Assembly: GCF_963676685.1 (NCBI RefSeq)
Contig: NC_092356.1
Span: forward strand, 64,666,001-64,730,000
Reading direction: 5' to 3'
DNA: 64,000 bases
DNA from: Mytilus edulis
Lineage: Eukaryota
Each line of letters starts with the position of its first letter. The first letter of the stretch is position 1. This document shows, in pieces, positions 13,401 through 28,529 of this stretch. The notes under the pieces are model-generated. The model was not told where the DNA came from. It ran no database searches and saw only the letters and a program-made list of their open reading frames with translations. A program made the position numbers and the translations under genes.

Positions 13401-15889
13401 TATTGCAATTGTTACTGATGATGAAAAGATAATTTCAAAGAATTAATGTGCTTAATGTGAGTATTTATAGCATAAAGTGCGCACAGATAATATCACGCAT
13501 AATCATTGATTTATTTTCTTGATGAAAATTTTGCTTTGAAAAACAACATACAATTTCTTTGTTTAAAACGATAATTGCTGTAAAAAGATATTTATGTCCA
13601 TTTTTAACGGAATTAAAGTCAGTCATTGAATTTCCCTATAGTATTATAAACATAATGCTTAACGATTAGTAGGAATAAACTTTAGGACTATCAATCAGCT
13701 CAATACTAACCATAAGTATCGTAATAAAACAGACTATAATCCACTCAAAGGAATACGAAACATGAGAACATCATTATAACTAGAATGATTAATAAATGCC
13801 TAAAACATAAAGCTCATAACGACATTTATTTGAATGGTGTCGTTAATGTCTAATTTGCTTAAAAGTTTTATTGTATTAACGAGAGTAATACAAACATGTT
13901 AATCTATGTATGCATGATACATGCTTAATTGTGTTGTTATTAAGCATTTTTTTTATGTTTTACCTTGTAATATTTATAAATGCAGCGCCTGTGATGCGTC
14001 TTTAAGTATATAATTAATTTTAATTTATTATGTTAATGACATTTCATATTTTTCTCTAACATTCACAATCAGTGGCTGATTGGAAGGAAAAACTTCACAA
14101 TTATTAAAGATTAATGAATATAAAAAGTATAAAGCTCATAGGGATAGTTGTATAATCGGCAGTTATGCCACATAACTGTAAATAATAAAGCTTATATCAT
14201 AGTTTTGCCTTTCTATGTATCTGTTAACCAGCCGAAGAATCAGTTTATAGCATAATCATTTAATTTTGGTTGTAACGCGTCTTCTGATTGGCTGACGTTG
14301 TTTTGTTTATCAGCCCATAGACATAATTGTGTCATGTGACCGTGACGTCAACAACGTTTTTAATGATTTACGCCGGTTTAAAATCAAATTTGGAATTAAA
14401 TTATAAGAAATGACTGTTATTTTTTTTATTCAGTGTGCACCACATGTTGTATGTTATTCGTCATAGACAGAAAAAATATTACAGTCATTCCTCAAATGGT
14501 TCAAACAGGAGGAATATTTAAAAAAAAAAACACATTTATAATTTTCTTTATTGTTGATTTAATGTACATTTAGTGGATTAAAGTCATATACATAAATATT
14601 AATGCAATATATATTTAAATGACATATTATTAACCAAAATAGTTACTAAACATGAAGAAATAAAAATCTGTTTTACAAACGTGAATAAAAAAGGCATCAT
14701 TCTCGTTATGAAACATATGACACTTTTCATATCACCGTGCATAAACACTTTAAAAAAAAGACGAGAAGGCGTATTTCAGTTAGTTTGTTTTGGTTATTGG
14801 AATTAAGGTCATATTCCATGATGGCAAAAATTTAGCAGCAATATTTAACATGTAATAGTAAAATGAATTAGATTCACATACACTACTAGTTGAAGTACTG
14901 GTTTTTGATGTTTATATGTGTTTGTGTGTAGTTTGTGAATGTCTCATTGACATTTGTCATCACGTAGCCTTCATGCATCTACTTCATTATATTACATATA
15001 GGTGTGGGCGAACTAAATGTTTGTAAAAATACTTGTTATACAATTAAACTCAATCATTCTAGATAACGCAGACACGATATCCATTTCTCGGAACTGGGTT
15101 ATTGATGTCTTGGGAGTTTGTAGGAGGCATTGGGCTTATGTATACCTACGCATGAAGCTGTACAGCCTAATACCATTAGGAAACATTATTTTATTATCAT
15201 CATGTAAAGTTTTGATCTAGTAACGGTTCAACTCAAATGACATGGTTATATTCTTAAAGACTAAGTGATAAAAGCGACATCTCGATCTTAAAACGGATGT
15301 CAAACATTTTGTAGGTAAATCTATCAAACAAATTGAATGAAATATTACATCATGATGTCCTAAAGTTAGTTTTAGTTAATATGGCGCGTTGTGATTGTTA
15401 ATTGAACATCTATCGAAAGACCATGGACAAAAATGTGAACAATTGCATGTTATCGTAAAGCGCCCCACAATAAGTAAAACTTATAAGAAAACTTGGCTAT
15501 GATCATTCAATAAAATAAATAATAACATTATTATTATCATACGGCAACCGAATATAGTTTTGTGTGGTTAAACTTACCTTTAACAATATCTATGGCTAAA
15601 TATATATAAACACAACATATTTTTAGCTTTTATACGAAAGTGTTCAAAACCAAGTTATTCCTGCTTGACTTCATGTTGTCAATTTAATTAGTGAATGTTA
15701 ATTTGAATGTGAGTTTTAGTCATTAAAATGTGACGTCATTTTATGTGATGTTTTAGAATTTCAAATGTGACGTCATTGTGTGTGCTTTTTTACAATTTCA
15801 AATGTGACGTCACTTTATGCGTTGAGGTTTTGGCTTATTGGATGTTCTTTTGTGCTGGATTATGTTGGTTTATTTAAGATATTCGTTTT

Positions 15890-16505
15890 TTATTCTGTAG
15901 TTGTTTATACTTCGGTTTTATCATGTATATCTATTATATAGTCATTTTATCAAATTTACTGTTTGCAAAAATATAAATTATTCTAAATAACAAGGATGTT
16001 CTTATCCCAAGCAGAAAATCCTAGCCGTATTGGGCACAACTTTTTTGAGATTTTGGTCCTCAGTGCTTTTCAACTTTGTACTTGTTTTTGGCTTTCGAAC
16101 TTATTTCATCTGAGCGTCACTGGTTAGTCTTGTGTGGACGAAATGCACTTCGGGCGTATCAATTTTTTACCTGGTGCCTTTTGTTAGCTATTATTCGTGT
16201 GTTTCTCAGTCCTATATGTTCTCCTTTTTATTTGTATTGTAGTCCTGTAATGTTATGTTGTCATGTTAATGTTATATCCAAAATCCATGTATTTAGTTTT
16301 GATGTTATATTTGTTATTCTCATCGGATTTTGTCTAATGCTTAGTTCGTTTCTGTGTGTGTTACATTTTAGTGTTGTGTTTCTGTTGTGTCGTTGTTCTC
16401 ATCTTATATTTAATGCGTTTCCCTCAGTTTTAGTTTGTAACCCGGATTTGGTTTTTTCTATCGATTTATGAGTTTTTAACAGCGGTATACTGCTGTTGCC
16501 TTTAT
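15890..16505 (+). mobile_element. Non-autonomous PLE-associated repeat with decayed minimal type I hammerhead
   Basis: GCGTCA-CTGGTTA-GTC ttgtgtg GAC-GAAA at about 16113-16143. Ends CAGCGGTATACTGCTGTTGCCTTTA like copies at 39205-39635, 40190-40470 and 41828-42682. Confidence 0.65.
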
Positions 16506-16869
16506 TTATTAAACAAAAGTTAAAATATTATTAAATGTTAACCAACTGTTAAGGTTGTCACTATTGAACCATTGTTATCGTTTATTACTTAAAGAAAATA
16601 TGTTAGCAATTCGGATTGACAATTAGACTTATACTATTTAAATGTTTTATTTGCACTTCTTATGCAAATATGTTTTACCAACAACACGACTTTCTTGTTT
16701 ATAAATTTATATTGCATAATGTGGCGTTCCTTTTGTCTAGGCTATATTTGGCAACGGTAAAAACTTATCTTCGATCACTGTATTTATCATTGTCCCTTGT
16801 AGTGATTTTATTCTTTTCTTGCCGCTAACATATATAGTGAATAAAAGTATAATATCAAAAATGGGTTAA

Positions 16870-17403
16870 AGAAACCAGAGGAACAGACAAACTCATAAAT
16901 CGAAAATAAACTGACAACGCCTTGGCTAAAAATGACAAAGACAAACAGACACATATAAGTACACAAGAAACATCATAGAAAACGGAAGAGTGAGCAACAC
17001 GAACCCCACCAAAAACCTGGGTGATATCAGCTGTCCTGGATTGGTAAGCAGATCCTGCTTCTTATGTGGCACCCATCGTGTTGCTCATGTTGTTACAAAT
17101 CCGGTAAAAAGTCCAATTCGGTAGGTCATATTCATGAAAAAGGGAGGGGATTTTAGTTACGACGTTAGAAACATATATCATCTGTGAAACGGTTATTCCA
17201 TGATGGTCAACAAACTCGTGATGGCGTCTGTAAAATTTACGAAGGGATGATTTCAACTTCACCATTCGCAAATCTTGGTTTCAAAGCTTCCTTGTCAGCA
17301 GCAACCCTCTATCAAGGACATTATGATAGGAAATAGAAGCGCGGGAATATCGTATCAAATGGGAGATTTATACTACTTATGCAGGCGCTGCCCGAATGTT
17401 GTT
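16870..17403 (-). pseudogene. 3-prime fragment of a Penelope-like RT plus 3-prime UTR
   Basis: The minus strand gives ISHLIRYSR..., DRGLLLTRKL and KLKSSLRKFYRRHHE (PLE thumb region). Paralog at 44834-45060. The short UTR end recurs at about 11455, 18935, 23003 and 38980. Confidence 0.75.
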
Positions 17404-20400
17404 AAAGTTCACCTTAAATAGATTTCACTTGTTTAACTACATTATACTTAAAATAATTGCATCACTTTACTGATTGATCAATTTAATGCAAAATACAAGA
17501 ATGGTAGGTTATGTTCACAATTATTACATATATCGCAAAAGGACAAAGTTAGGAAAACATATTAACTAATGGCCTAAAATACTTTTTCTGTTTTCCTTTA
17601 ACTGTCCTGGGAAAATATTGAGTTTGATTGTTTTAGCTGTCCTAATTTAATCTTTAGTTACCTTTCCATTTAAAAATGTTGTTTACATGTAAAAAATCGA
17701 GTATTTTATCTACTTCTGAATGTCGCATGTGTAAGATTTTCATGATTGTAACATGTATCTCTATTTCTAACTATAACCTCTCATTTGAATTTCAAATTGA
17801 TGATATCTTCTTCAGACAACTTTTATCTTAATTAAAAAAAGAATGAGTTTTCTGAAATATTTTTATCTGACCAGACTTGTTAAAATTTCCTCATATCTTT
17901 GGAAATGGGATATAGCTTTCTCGTTTCAAGGAGTAAATATGTTTTTAATTGTAAACTAACAGTGTTGTTACAAAGATATAAAAAAAATGAGGTATACTTT
18001 AGGATGACTGTTACGTTGATGTACTTTTACTGCTATTCATATGAGATTACTCATCATTATTCACTTTAATTATAATTTTTCCATAGTTCGTAAATGCATG
18101 TCATGAATCTTTGTTTGAATTGGTAAGCAATGTACCGGGACTACAATATATTACAATAGTATCAGATTTCTTTTATTATTGTAAACTGTGTTGTTCGACA
18201 ATCATACAAGTGAAAGGTTTTACAAGCAATAGAACCAGGGTTGATCTACCATTTCTACATTAGAAAATGCATGTACCAAGTCAAAAGTACAACCGTTGAT
18301 ATTTATCCTTTTCATATGTTTTAGCATTTGAATTTGCCATTTGATGAGGGTATTTTCGTTTTAAACTTCCCGTGGAGTACGATTTTTTTTTTTATACTTT
18401 TTAGCTTTCAAAGTGTGTTATGTGTTTTCTGACTTGCTGTTGTTTGCAAGTGACAAAAGCTACATGTATTCTATGAAAGGAAAAACAACAATAATCTGGA
18501 AGCTGTTTGTTCACAAAATAAAATTCCACTCAAAAGCTAATACAACTTTTAAGATAACTTCTCCAAAAAGATTGTTACAAACAAGACAACTTTAGATTTA
18601 AGACGTATACAAAAAATGACATTCATGATACATGCATTAACATATAATCACAAAAATGTTAAACAGGTTTCCCATCTGATTTGCTGAAATTCAATCGTGT
18701 TACATAATGCATATCTGCTTCACTTATAAATTGTATTCTAATAAACATATTTGGTTGATTCCCCTTCACAACAATGCTTGTGTTTTGATGGCGTCTCTCA
18801 TGAGTCCCGGAAGTTGTCCACAACCTATATGTATGACGATGATAAGAAATACTGATTAAATCGACAACGGTTCTCATCTTTAAATTTCAATGATATTAAG
18901 ATAATAGATCCTTATCAATCATTCGCATTACCTAGTTTTAGGTGGTGTTCGTTTTTCTTATTCTTTAGTTATGTTGTGTCATGTGTACTATTGTTTGTCT
19001 GTTTTTCTTTTTCATTTTTAGCCATGGCATTGTCAGTTTATTTTCGATTTATGAGTTTGACTGTCCCTCTGGTATCTTTCGTTCCTCCTTTATAAGCTTT
19101 TTTTTTATACTTTTGTAGTTAATAAAAAGTAAATCTTTAAGTCTGTTATCAATAACACTGCACATATTATCTAGTATTAAACTAACTAACTTGATTTTAC
19201 TTTTAGGTGAAATTTAAATTGCTAATTGACAATTTGACGCAATACTTAAGTGTGTTTATAATTCCTGATTGATTCTTTGAAACATTGCACATGTTTATGT
19301 CTGCATGCACAGTGTATGCTGTTACTTAAATATCCTCTTTAGAGAGTAGCAACCGATGTTAAATATAGCACGGTCTCATATCTTATCATACTTATTATCA
19401 CATTTGTATCTCCATCTTCCCTCAACTGTCCCTTTATAAATAAGAGCGGCAGCTCAAAACCAAGGAATTGAGTTGATACAGATTTTTTATTTGTTAATAA
19501 AAAAAAAAATAAAGACATACACTTTTAGAATTACATTCTAACCGTATTCAATTTTAATATACCTAATTCAAACCTAAAAAAAATTGCATTGCAATCAAAC
19601 GGCATTTTACTTCACAGTTAATGCACAGGTTGTTTTTTAAATACAAAACACCTTTGGGATGAAAGTAGTTATTAATAGTTGTTTGTCATGACTTTTTAAT
19701 GAAAAAAAGACATACACTTTTAGAATTACATCCTAACCGTATTCAATTTTAAAATACCTATTTCCAACCTAAATGATAATACATTGCAATCAAACGGCAT
19801 TACTTCACAGTTACTGCGTATTAAATTATAATCCTGGTACCTTTGATAACTATTTTACTGCACAGGATGTTGTTTAAATAAAAAACACTTTTGGGATGAA
19901 AATAGTTATTAATAGTTGTTTGTCATGACTTTTTAATGAAGCATTTCCTAATTGTTACCATTATTCATAAAATTTTAATTTAATTAAAAATCACTTCTTT
20001 AATTGGCAATCACAATTGCAGCACCAAGGTATTTTTCTGTTCTTTTATAGTTAAAGAGAACGAAACGTATTTATTTTGCGTTGCATGTGTTTAATTAAGT
20101 TGTTTTGTTTCATTTACAGCACTTTGCATCGTATAGATACTTGTATATGTTACTCAAAAATAACAGATTTGTTAATTTGGTACGCCATATTAGCATTTCG
20201 TCTACATGAGACTCATTGATGATATCAGAATTAGAACAGATGGAAAAGCAAATCAAATACAACGCTGCTGGTTATGAAAATCTAAAAATTACACAGAGTA
20301 AGGCCATATGGAAAAGCAATATACATGTAATTGTGTCTGTTAAAATCCTAGTAAAATTAAAAGCAAATTGGTTTTTGAAACATAACTTCCAAAAGTTGTA

Positions 20401-21199
20401 CATTTTATCAAGTTATGTAAATGGTTATTCAATAGATAAATTTTTCGTTTGTTACATATATTCAAATAGCTCTGCTTTACTGCACGTAATGTATATTGAT
20501 TGATTTATTGATTGGTGTTAAACGCCATTTTGGTCAGATTTTATTGGTCGAGGAAGACGCAATACCCGGATAGAACAAACAACCTTCGATAGGAACGGAG
20601 AAAGTATAAAATCGCATTTACGTCTGATCGTGATTTGAAGGAATTAACAATTTAATAGAGATTTTTAAAAAAGAATAGCATAAATTTAAGTATAAACTTG
20701 AGCATGGAATTGGGGAATATGTAAAAGAAAAAAATAACCCGACCAAAGAGCAGACAACAGTCAAAGGCTACCAAAAGGTCTTCAATGCAGCGAGAAAAAT
20801 CCCGCAACCAAGGGTGGTCCTCAGCTGGCCCCTATATATAAAATTATGTACTAGTTCGGTGAGAATGGACGTTTGAATATGTAATTTTCTAATATACAAA
20901 GTAATGATTCCATTTCGGTCTAAATAAACGATATGCAACTTTCAATAGGGCAAATGAATACATTTCACACTATATTCATTGACATTGTTTTAACCTAATA
21001 TCCCATTACTTTGCAAGCTTCCTATATGTTCCTATTTAAGACTTATCCTTTTCGAGTGCAATATTAAATGTCTTTTCTAAACTATATGTCACCGTTAATG
21101 TTACTTCGTCAATATTGAAGTTATTGTACATTCAAAGTTGACATGGCGTCTGCTAATCAAATAAAGCCTACATAAATTCATCACTTATGATCATATATT

Positions 21200-21400
21200 G
21201 GATAACATCAAAACAACATTTCAGTAAACAATTATGTTACCACCTACAAACCTTGTTGACATCATGACACTTACATTGATTGTTTGTTTTGAATGCTGGT
21301 TAGGATATTGACTTCATCTGAGAAAGTCTAAGCTGTCGATTTATCTTATCATCTAGTGACAGACATTGCTTACGTACAATAATGTTTCATTTTCTCTTAG
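21200..21400. promoter_or_regulatory. Highly conserved block between duplicates (candidate enhancer and/or 43-nt minus-strand exon 21275-21317)
   Basis: Only about 7 differences in 200 bp vs 58793-58990, against a much more diverged background. Confidence 0.5.
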
Positions 21401-23689
21401 GGAAACCTGATCTTTCTGTTATCAATTACAAATTATAAATGATTTACTTAAAGCAACCATGCCACAATCGTTAAATTAAATGCATTTTCGAACCCAGGAA
21501 TATAGATATCTTAGTTATATCTGAAACAACCTTTCGAAATGTTGATCCTCAATGCTTTCCTCCCTCATACATTTTTTAGCCTTATTAACCTTTTCTAATG
21601 TAACTAATGAGTGTCAATGTTTTTTTAGACAAAACATATAAAAAAGAAGATGTGGTATGAATGCTATCCACAAAAGACCAAAATGACACAGACATTAACA
21701 ACTACAGGTCACCGTATGGCATTCAACAATAAGCAAAGCCCATACCGCATAGTCAGCTATAAAAGGCCCCGATAACACAATGTAAAACAATTCAAACGAG
21801 AAAACTAACGGCCTTATTTATGTAAAAAAAAATGAACGAAAAACAAATATGTAACACATAAACAAACGGCAACCACCGAATTACAGGCTCCTGACTTGGG
21901 ACAGGCACATACATTAATAATGTGGCGGGGTTAAACATGTTAGCGGGATCCCAAAACGCATGTTTGGTGAACAATATAAAATCAATAATGCATATTGCTT
22001 ACACAATGTCAACTTTCTGCATGCTTATGAAAATATAATTATAGGTTTCATAACGACTGAGAATGGGATATCGCTTAATATCAACTCAAGTATAAATACA
22101 TACAGGTAGCTCCTTTAAAAGATTAAAAAAACCCGATAGAATGAATACTATATTCAAATGATTATATTTATTTGGTGTGGGGTAGAGGTATATAGGTCAT
22201 AGATTATATAACATGTACATATGTACAAAGATAGACGTGCATTATTATTCTTAATTGAAGGTCCCCCCCCCCCCCCCCGATAAATGAGCCTGTAAAAATC
22301 AGTGGACCCTTAGTTGCTTCCCTGGGCAACTTATGGTTTGAGTAACAGGTGATTATTATCAAAATATGTTTAAAATTTAAAAAAAACAAAAAAAAATCGA
22401 GTATTTTAAAATTCAGCGAAATGATGATCTAGTCTTTTACACATTCCAGTTAAACGTCAAAAATCTTTTTCCGGTGTCAAACTTCAAAATTTAACATTTT
22501 AAGATCTTTTGTTTTTGTAGTCTTCAGAATATGATACGATTTGAAAAAAAGAAGATTGTTTGTGAAATTTGTAAGTGTTTTGTATATCGTTGAAAAATCA
22601 AAAATGTTCTTTGCCATTGCGAAATGTACATCGTCTTAACTTTTGAAAGTCACCAATGACCTACTTTTTTAAAATACCTTATTTAAAAGCCGTAATATCG
22701 TGTTGCGATTCTAGATATGCCAATCAAGTTGACGCAGATTTTCGTATCACTTTTTCGTTTGACACTCCGTGCAATGTGATACGTGAAATATATATCTATG
22801 CAATAAAAGGCTACAATCATAAGATAATAAAAAGTATCTCATGACTAATCTGCAAATCGCAAAACTTATTCGTCAAAAGTAAGTAATCCAAAGTTAGCGA
22901 AAAGGTCAATGAATATAGGTTGAAATGTATTAAAATGTTTAAAGGATATTTGTTAAAAAGGATTTAAATAGGAATGAGTAATGTGTCGCCTTTATGACAG
23001 TAAAAGAAGGACGAAAGATACCAGAGGAGGAGACAAACTCATAAATGGAAAATAAAATGACAACGCCATGGCTAAAATAAAAAGACAAACAGACATAGAA
23101 TAGTACAGAAGACACAACAATAATATGCATTAGGACTAAATAACATACCATGCATTTTAAAAATATTTTGTTTTCTGCAGGAGCTTTTTTATTAACATAA
23201 TACGAAAATTAAAATTTTCTTGTTTATCTTCGATGCACAAAGCTATCATCGAAGTCAAACCATTTTCATTTACTGCACGCTACTACATGATGTTCTTGAG
23301 GCGCATAGCTATCTTTTAAATGCTGATATCGAACACAACCCCTATTTAAATAAAAATCACCTACAGGAAGACCCAATACATTTCTGTGATAATTTAAAAT
23401 CATTGCAGAGAACATTACATAATTAATATTAGATTACAATAGTGTCAATTCTATATTTGAATTTGATGTAAAACACTGACATATATGTATCTAACACCAC
23501 ACAAACATTAATTCAACGCAGAGCAATTGCTATGACTCGGGATCTGTTGTCTTTAACTCAGCTATATCTGCATAGACGATTCGAATTACAATATTCATTT
23601 CTTATAAAGTGCTCGTTAAAACAAGTTAACATTCATAACTTGTTTGTACTGTTTCGAAAATGAGACCACCTCCTGTGTATGATGCGGTT

Positions 23690-24440
23690 CCTGTTGAGTA
23701 GACTTGTTGTGACATGTTTAGGTTTGTTCGTGTTGATTAGAATAAAGTTGTTACATGTTTACGTTTGTTCATGTTGATTAGAATTAAGTTGTTACATGTA
23801 TAGGTTTGTTCCTGTTGATTAGACTATAGTTATTACATGTTTAGGTTTGTTTGTGTTGTTCATACTTAAGTTGTTACATGTATAGGTGTGCTCATGTTGC
23901 TCAGACTTAAGTTGTTACATGTTTAGGTTTGTTCGTGTTGGTAAAATTTAGGTTGTTCATCGTTCATTTACGCCCACAATCTGCATTCGGAAGAAGCATA
24001 CATTTTTGTAAAGATACTTTTTTTCTGTTGAACAAAGAGAAAAAACAGAGGTAATATCGAAATATAAAAAGAAGTAAATTACAGAAATCGCTCATTTTAT
24101 AATAGTTTAGGTTATGAAACTATAGGTCATCGATGGTTAAAAAAAAGATATTTCAATTTTAATGCAACAAAAAGGGCATTTTTGCACCAAAGGGAAATAA
24201 TTTGGAGCTTTTTCAATGATAAATACATTTTAAAAGTCATCGGAGGCCAGAACGAATTGATTTTTAATGAGTTTTGTACCATATGATAAAGTTACAACTA
24301 GTAAAGTAATAAATAAAATGTGAAATGAAAAACAATGTTTAATTTTTTTTCTGAAATTTGTATACCTTCGAGCCTTCTTAAGTTGTTACATGTTTAGGTT
24401 ATTCGTGTTGCTAATACTTAAGTTGTTATATGTGTATGTT
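23690..24440 (+). repeat. ~39-bp minisatellite (GTTGTTACATGTTTAGGTTTGTTCGTGTTG...) interrupted by a ~415-bp insertion (about 23960-24375)
   Basis: Direct tandem periodicity. A shorter uninterrupted paralog lies at about 60230-60400. Confidence 0.8.
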
Positions 24441-25405
24441 TGTCATTTTGGTGGTTTCACTTTTTTTGCCAAGTAGCTGTTAGTTTATCATCAACCTATG
24501 AATTTGAATTTCCCTTTGATATCTTTAGACTCTCTGATATTATTTAAAAGTAAATGTGCTAGTTTCTTTCTCAATAATATGACAGCTAAAAGCTATTTAC
24601 AAAATTCCTGTTAAACAAATACAAGATCACAATATTGTACTTTAAATTAAATCACGCTGATGACTCACATGATAAAAGTGTTTATTTTCCTTTTTTCCCT
24701 TTTTTCTGATTAACGTTTCTTCAAAATGAAATCGTATGACTGAACATGTAAAAGATTTTAAAAAAGATCAATCGGAATACGACTTAATGCTTCCTTTTAA
24801 AGCTTTATGATACCATTATGTTTTACAAACATCCATAAACTTTTTTCTCTTTCCTCTACATCAAAGTTAATTCACGTAATCAATACGCACGATCTTGGTT
24901 AATTGACTGAATTAATGATTTATCTAAGTTCTTGTTAATTAATTCCCTGAAGATTAGACAAATATATTTTGCATGATTTTTTAATAAAAGGGACTCTGTT
25001 GTCGAATTCATGTCTATCGTCGACATTCGATACATGGTCTAGATAGAAAAACAGGGGGTTTGACTTATTACGGAAATCAATTCAAACCTCAACCACCAAT
25101 TGGCTTGCCGGTACCATGTCTTATTACCTAGACAATTGATTGTTCGATGTTGTTTGTCTCGGTTAGTATTTTTCTTAAATGTGTCGATGGAGTTGGATAT
25201 TGGTGGCATGTTATTGATACTGAAAATTTAATTTTGGTAATTTCGATTATGTATAAAATTCTTTCTATACATCACTTATAAATAGGTTCCATCATAAAAT
25301 CAACATGAAGGTAATGTCAGCAATGATAACTAGTTCCATAACTATAGAAATAAGTAGATGATGTATGATTATCAATGAAATAGCTATCCATTAAAGTATA
25401 TTAAA

Positions 25406-25700
25406 GTGGATGTTAGTAACTGTAGTTTCATACTTGATCTTTTCCTCAATATTGACAGAGATAGACGACTTCACACTAAAATCTATGCCGAACGGAATAA
25501 TTTCATCTTTTCAATTGTTTTTCTCAGCAGTAACATACCCACTTTTCTATCGTTGTTATTTATCAAGTTTGATATTACTCGATTTATTCACTTGACTGGG
25601 CGCGGTTTAACTGGTTCGCTCATAATAAACCAGTCCATCTATAGATGGGTGTTTTAGGATAAACTCATCAATGAAGTGTCCAGTCATTCTTTTGTAAATT
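25406..25700 (+). pseudogene. Highly decayed PLE RT fragment
   Basis: FILDLFLNID...LHTKIYAERNNFIFSIV-FLSSNIP resembles FLDLDI...KIYDKIDDFSFPIVN of the RT at 42681-43217. Confidence 0.55.
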
Positions 25701-28529
25701 TCTTTGATGGCACTGATAGGTGATTAGAAATCAACAATAATTATAACGGCAATCATCCTTATCACACACATCTTCAAATAGACTGTCCTAATGCAATTTA
25801 AAACGTAACCTCCGCCCGATCAGTTAAAATAACATTGGAAATAATTGCAACTTAAATTTAAAGAATAAATGACGTTAAGCATACCGATGTCCTTCATTAC
25901 TTATTTTATAGTCCGAATTCTACATTTATAATATAAAAGCTAAAAGGATATTCAAAATGATAAAATAATAAATTTGAAAAGAAATAATGGTAATTCCTTG
26001 CATTGCGTCGAATTAACTGACTTCATCGAAGAATTGTAAATTTTACTCCTAAAAAATTTTAAATTGGAAAATTAACGTTCTTCTGGTTTATCCTAAGAGA
26101 TAAACATACTATCGTATTTATAACAATAAAAATTCACGTTGTATGACACATATTTAACAAGGAAACATTAATATCCATTAAACAATACGTAGTAAATTAA
26201 TGTCATCATTTTGTTTTCATTTAATATATTTAAGGAAGTGTTCTAGTAAGAACGAGTGGCTGTGGAATATATAACCTAGACATATTCCTTGTGTCAACTT
26301 ATTGATTAGAGTTTAAGAAAGACGAATGAACAAAGTTGGCATCTCATGACTTCTAGCAGTATAACGAAGGACTATTATTTGAAATTAAACATTTATTTCC
26401 GTAGATCCCTTGAGACTTACAAAATCGCTGTTAATACATAGAGGAACAAACAATTTTCTACACCATAATTATAACTTTCATTTTGCTGTCAGGAGTAGCT
26501 TTGTCATTTAAATGATATGTTTAAACAGTTGTGTCACTTTTCTTGCCCAAAGGATTTCATTTTGTGTTTTTTTATTTAAAAATGAGTTTAATCGTTGTGA
26601 TCAAAGTACTGCCGTGTCTACAGAGAAACAATTCATCGAAAAGTGTCATGGTATCATTACGCACTAGTATTTCCAAACAAGTTTCAAGATTTCCAACTGA
26701 TTGTGGTTTATTCGATTACAGCTTTGATGCTTTTCAAAACAGGTTTTGATCTAAAAAGCAATAACTTGCGTCGAATTAAAGTTTAGATTAAATTTTAACT
26801 GCATTATGCACCTGTTAAGTTTGTATTGTTATAAAAAGATGTTTACTTGGGACGGAAAGACGAAAACTCATTAACGTAAGAACAATGAACCTTGCTGAAT
26901 TCAGTACTGAATAAACCATTCGCACGCATTTTTTGAAACAAACCAAACAAATATGGCAAGATAACAGCAAGGGTGCGTTTATCTAAAGAAACTTAATTCA
27001 ATGAATAATTGACAGGGCAATGAATTAATTTAAATTTAAATTAAGCAATGATTTAACGTGTTATTTGCCTAAATATAATACATTGGAGTTTGAAAAACAT
27101 TAATAAAACATGTTGAGATTGTTTTCAACTTGAACAATCTAGATCTGTATTTCAAGACAATAATATAATGAAGTACATGTGTATCGTGAGATAAAGTGAG
27201 ACGATTATCTCATTGACCGAATACTGAACCCATTAAAAAAAGGGAAAGCATTAAGAGAAATTGTTATACCGTACGCAAATAATAATTAATACGATAGTTA
27301 AAAAAGGACTTATTTTTCCATTATTAAACCGTTTGTTTGCGAACTGTCATTACAGATCTTATATTTTCGTTGAACATTGTAGATTGCAGTTCAATAACAT
27401 AGTAACAGGCATTGCTGGTTACACGGTAACAATAGAATAATTTAACAACCTAGTTTAAGAACTTAGAATATCAAATTGTGTTTTTAATATTCATGATATT
27501 GATGACACTATTTGAAACAACAATACTATTATGGTTTCATCTGTCAATTGTTCCATTAGAGAAAAAAAACGTGCAAGATTTTTTATCTTTCTTTAAACTA
27601 TATCGATAAAAATAATACATGTTATGAATGTAAGTTATATACATTAAATCACTACATTAACAGTAATACAAAACATCCTCGTATATTTAGAGGAGACAAT
27701 AAATTATCGACGATGTTTCTTGTAGTTTATGTTGACAAAATTGTACCAGACTGGTTGCTATTGACAAAAGATAATTTCAAAATCTCCCTATTACAAGTGT
27801 TGAAATATAAAAAGTTCCATGATCTTAATGTGTGTATTCATCGTAGCTTAACCCCTGTTATAACTGTTCTCTAAAATGCTAAAGTAATATGAGTATATGT
27901 GTAAAATGAAACAGATTTCAAATGTGGTTAAAACCCATGATGAAACTTCCATGTAAAAAAAGAGAGTCTTTCTTTTTTAGTCATCTATTGCGATTAGTTT
28001 GTGTATTTTTGTGGTACTAGTAAGTGACGAATAATTCTTCCTTTCCTGATGAAGATACGGGGACTTTTCGGATACTGTGTTTTTTACATAGAAATAAACT
28101 AGTTTACATAATTCAGCCAAATTCGCATAACACATACCAAACTAATGCATGCGATGTAAAGATTGATTTACAAAATGTTAAGCTTTAAATCTACTAACTG
28201 ATCATGCCATAATTTTGTTTTATATTATTTATTTCTGATATTTTTAAAACATCAAGCAGGGAAAACGGGAAACTATTTTATTAAGAACTTATTGAAGATT
28301 CCAAGCTAATAATTTGATATGCCAGACGAATCTTTCATAAGACTTATCAGTAGTGCTCTATTCGAAACGATTGTAGAAAAACAACAAAGAACGAACTTTA
28401 CAAACAATACTAATCAAATGTAAACACGAGTCAAATATGGCTAGGGCATTTTACATAACTGAGTTAGTATAAGATTAACGATCTTAACATAACAGTTAAT
28501 AAACATTACAAATATAAAAATATGAACAC

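Larger units (their letters stand above)
10960..28330 (+). repeat. Segmental duplication, copy 1
   Basis: Collinear with 38487-63865 (anchors 10975/38500, 12480/39945, 13190/44095, 17180/44834, 19410/50612, 21200/58793, 26130/61605, 28260/63805). Roughly 80% identical by eye, with copy-specific indels. Confidence 0.9.

Noticed and set aside
16076-16471. Hydrophobic 60-150-aa ORFs in repeats (also 31048..31503, 39179..39493, 41988..42287)
   Set aside because: T-rich dispersed-repeat sequence. The frames are not conserved between copies.
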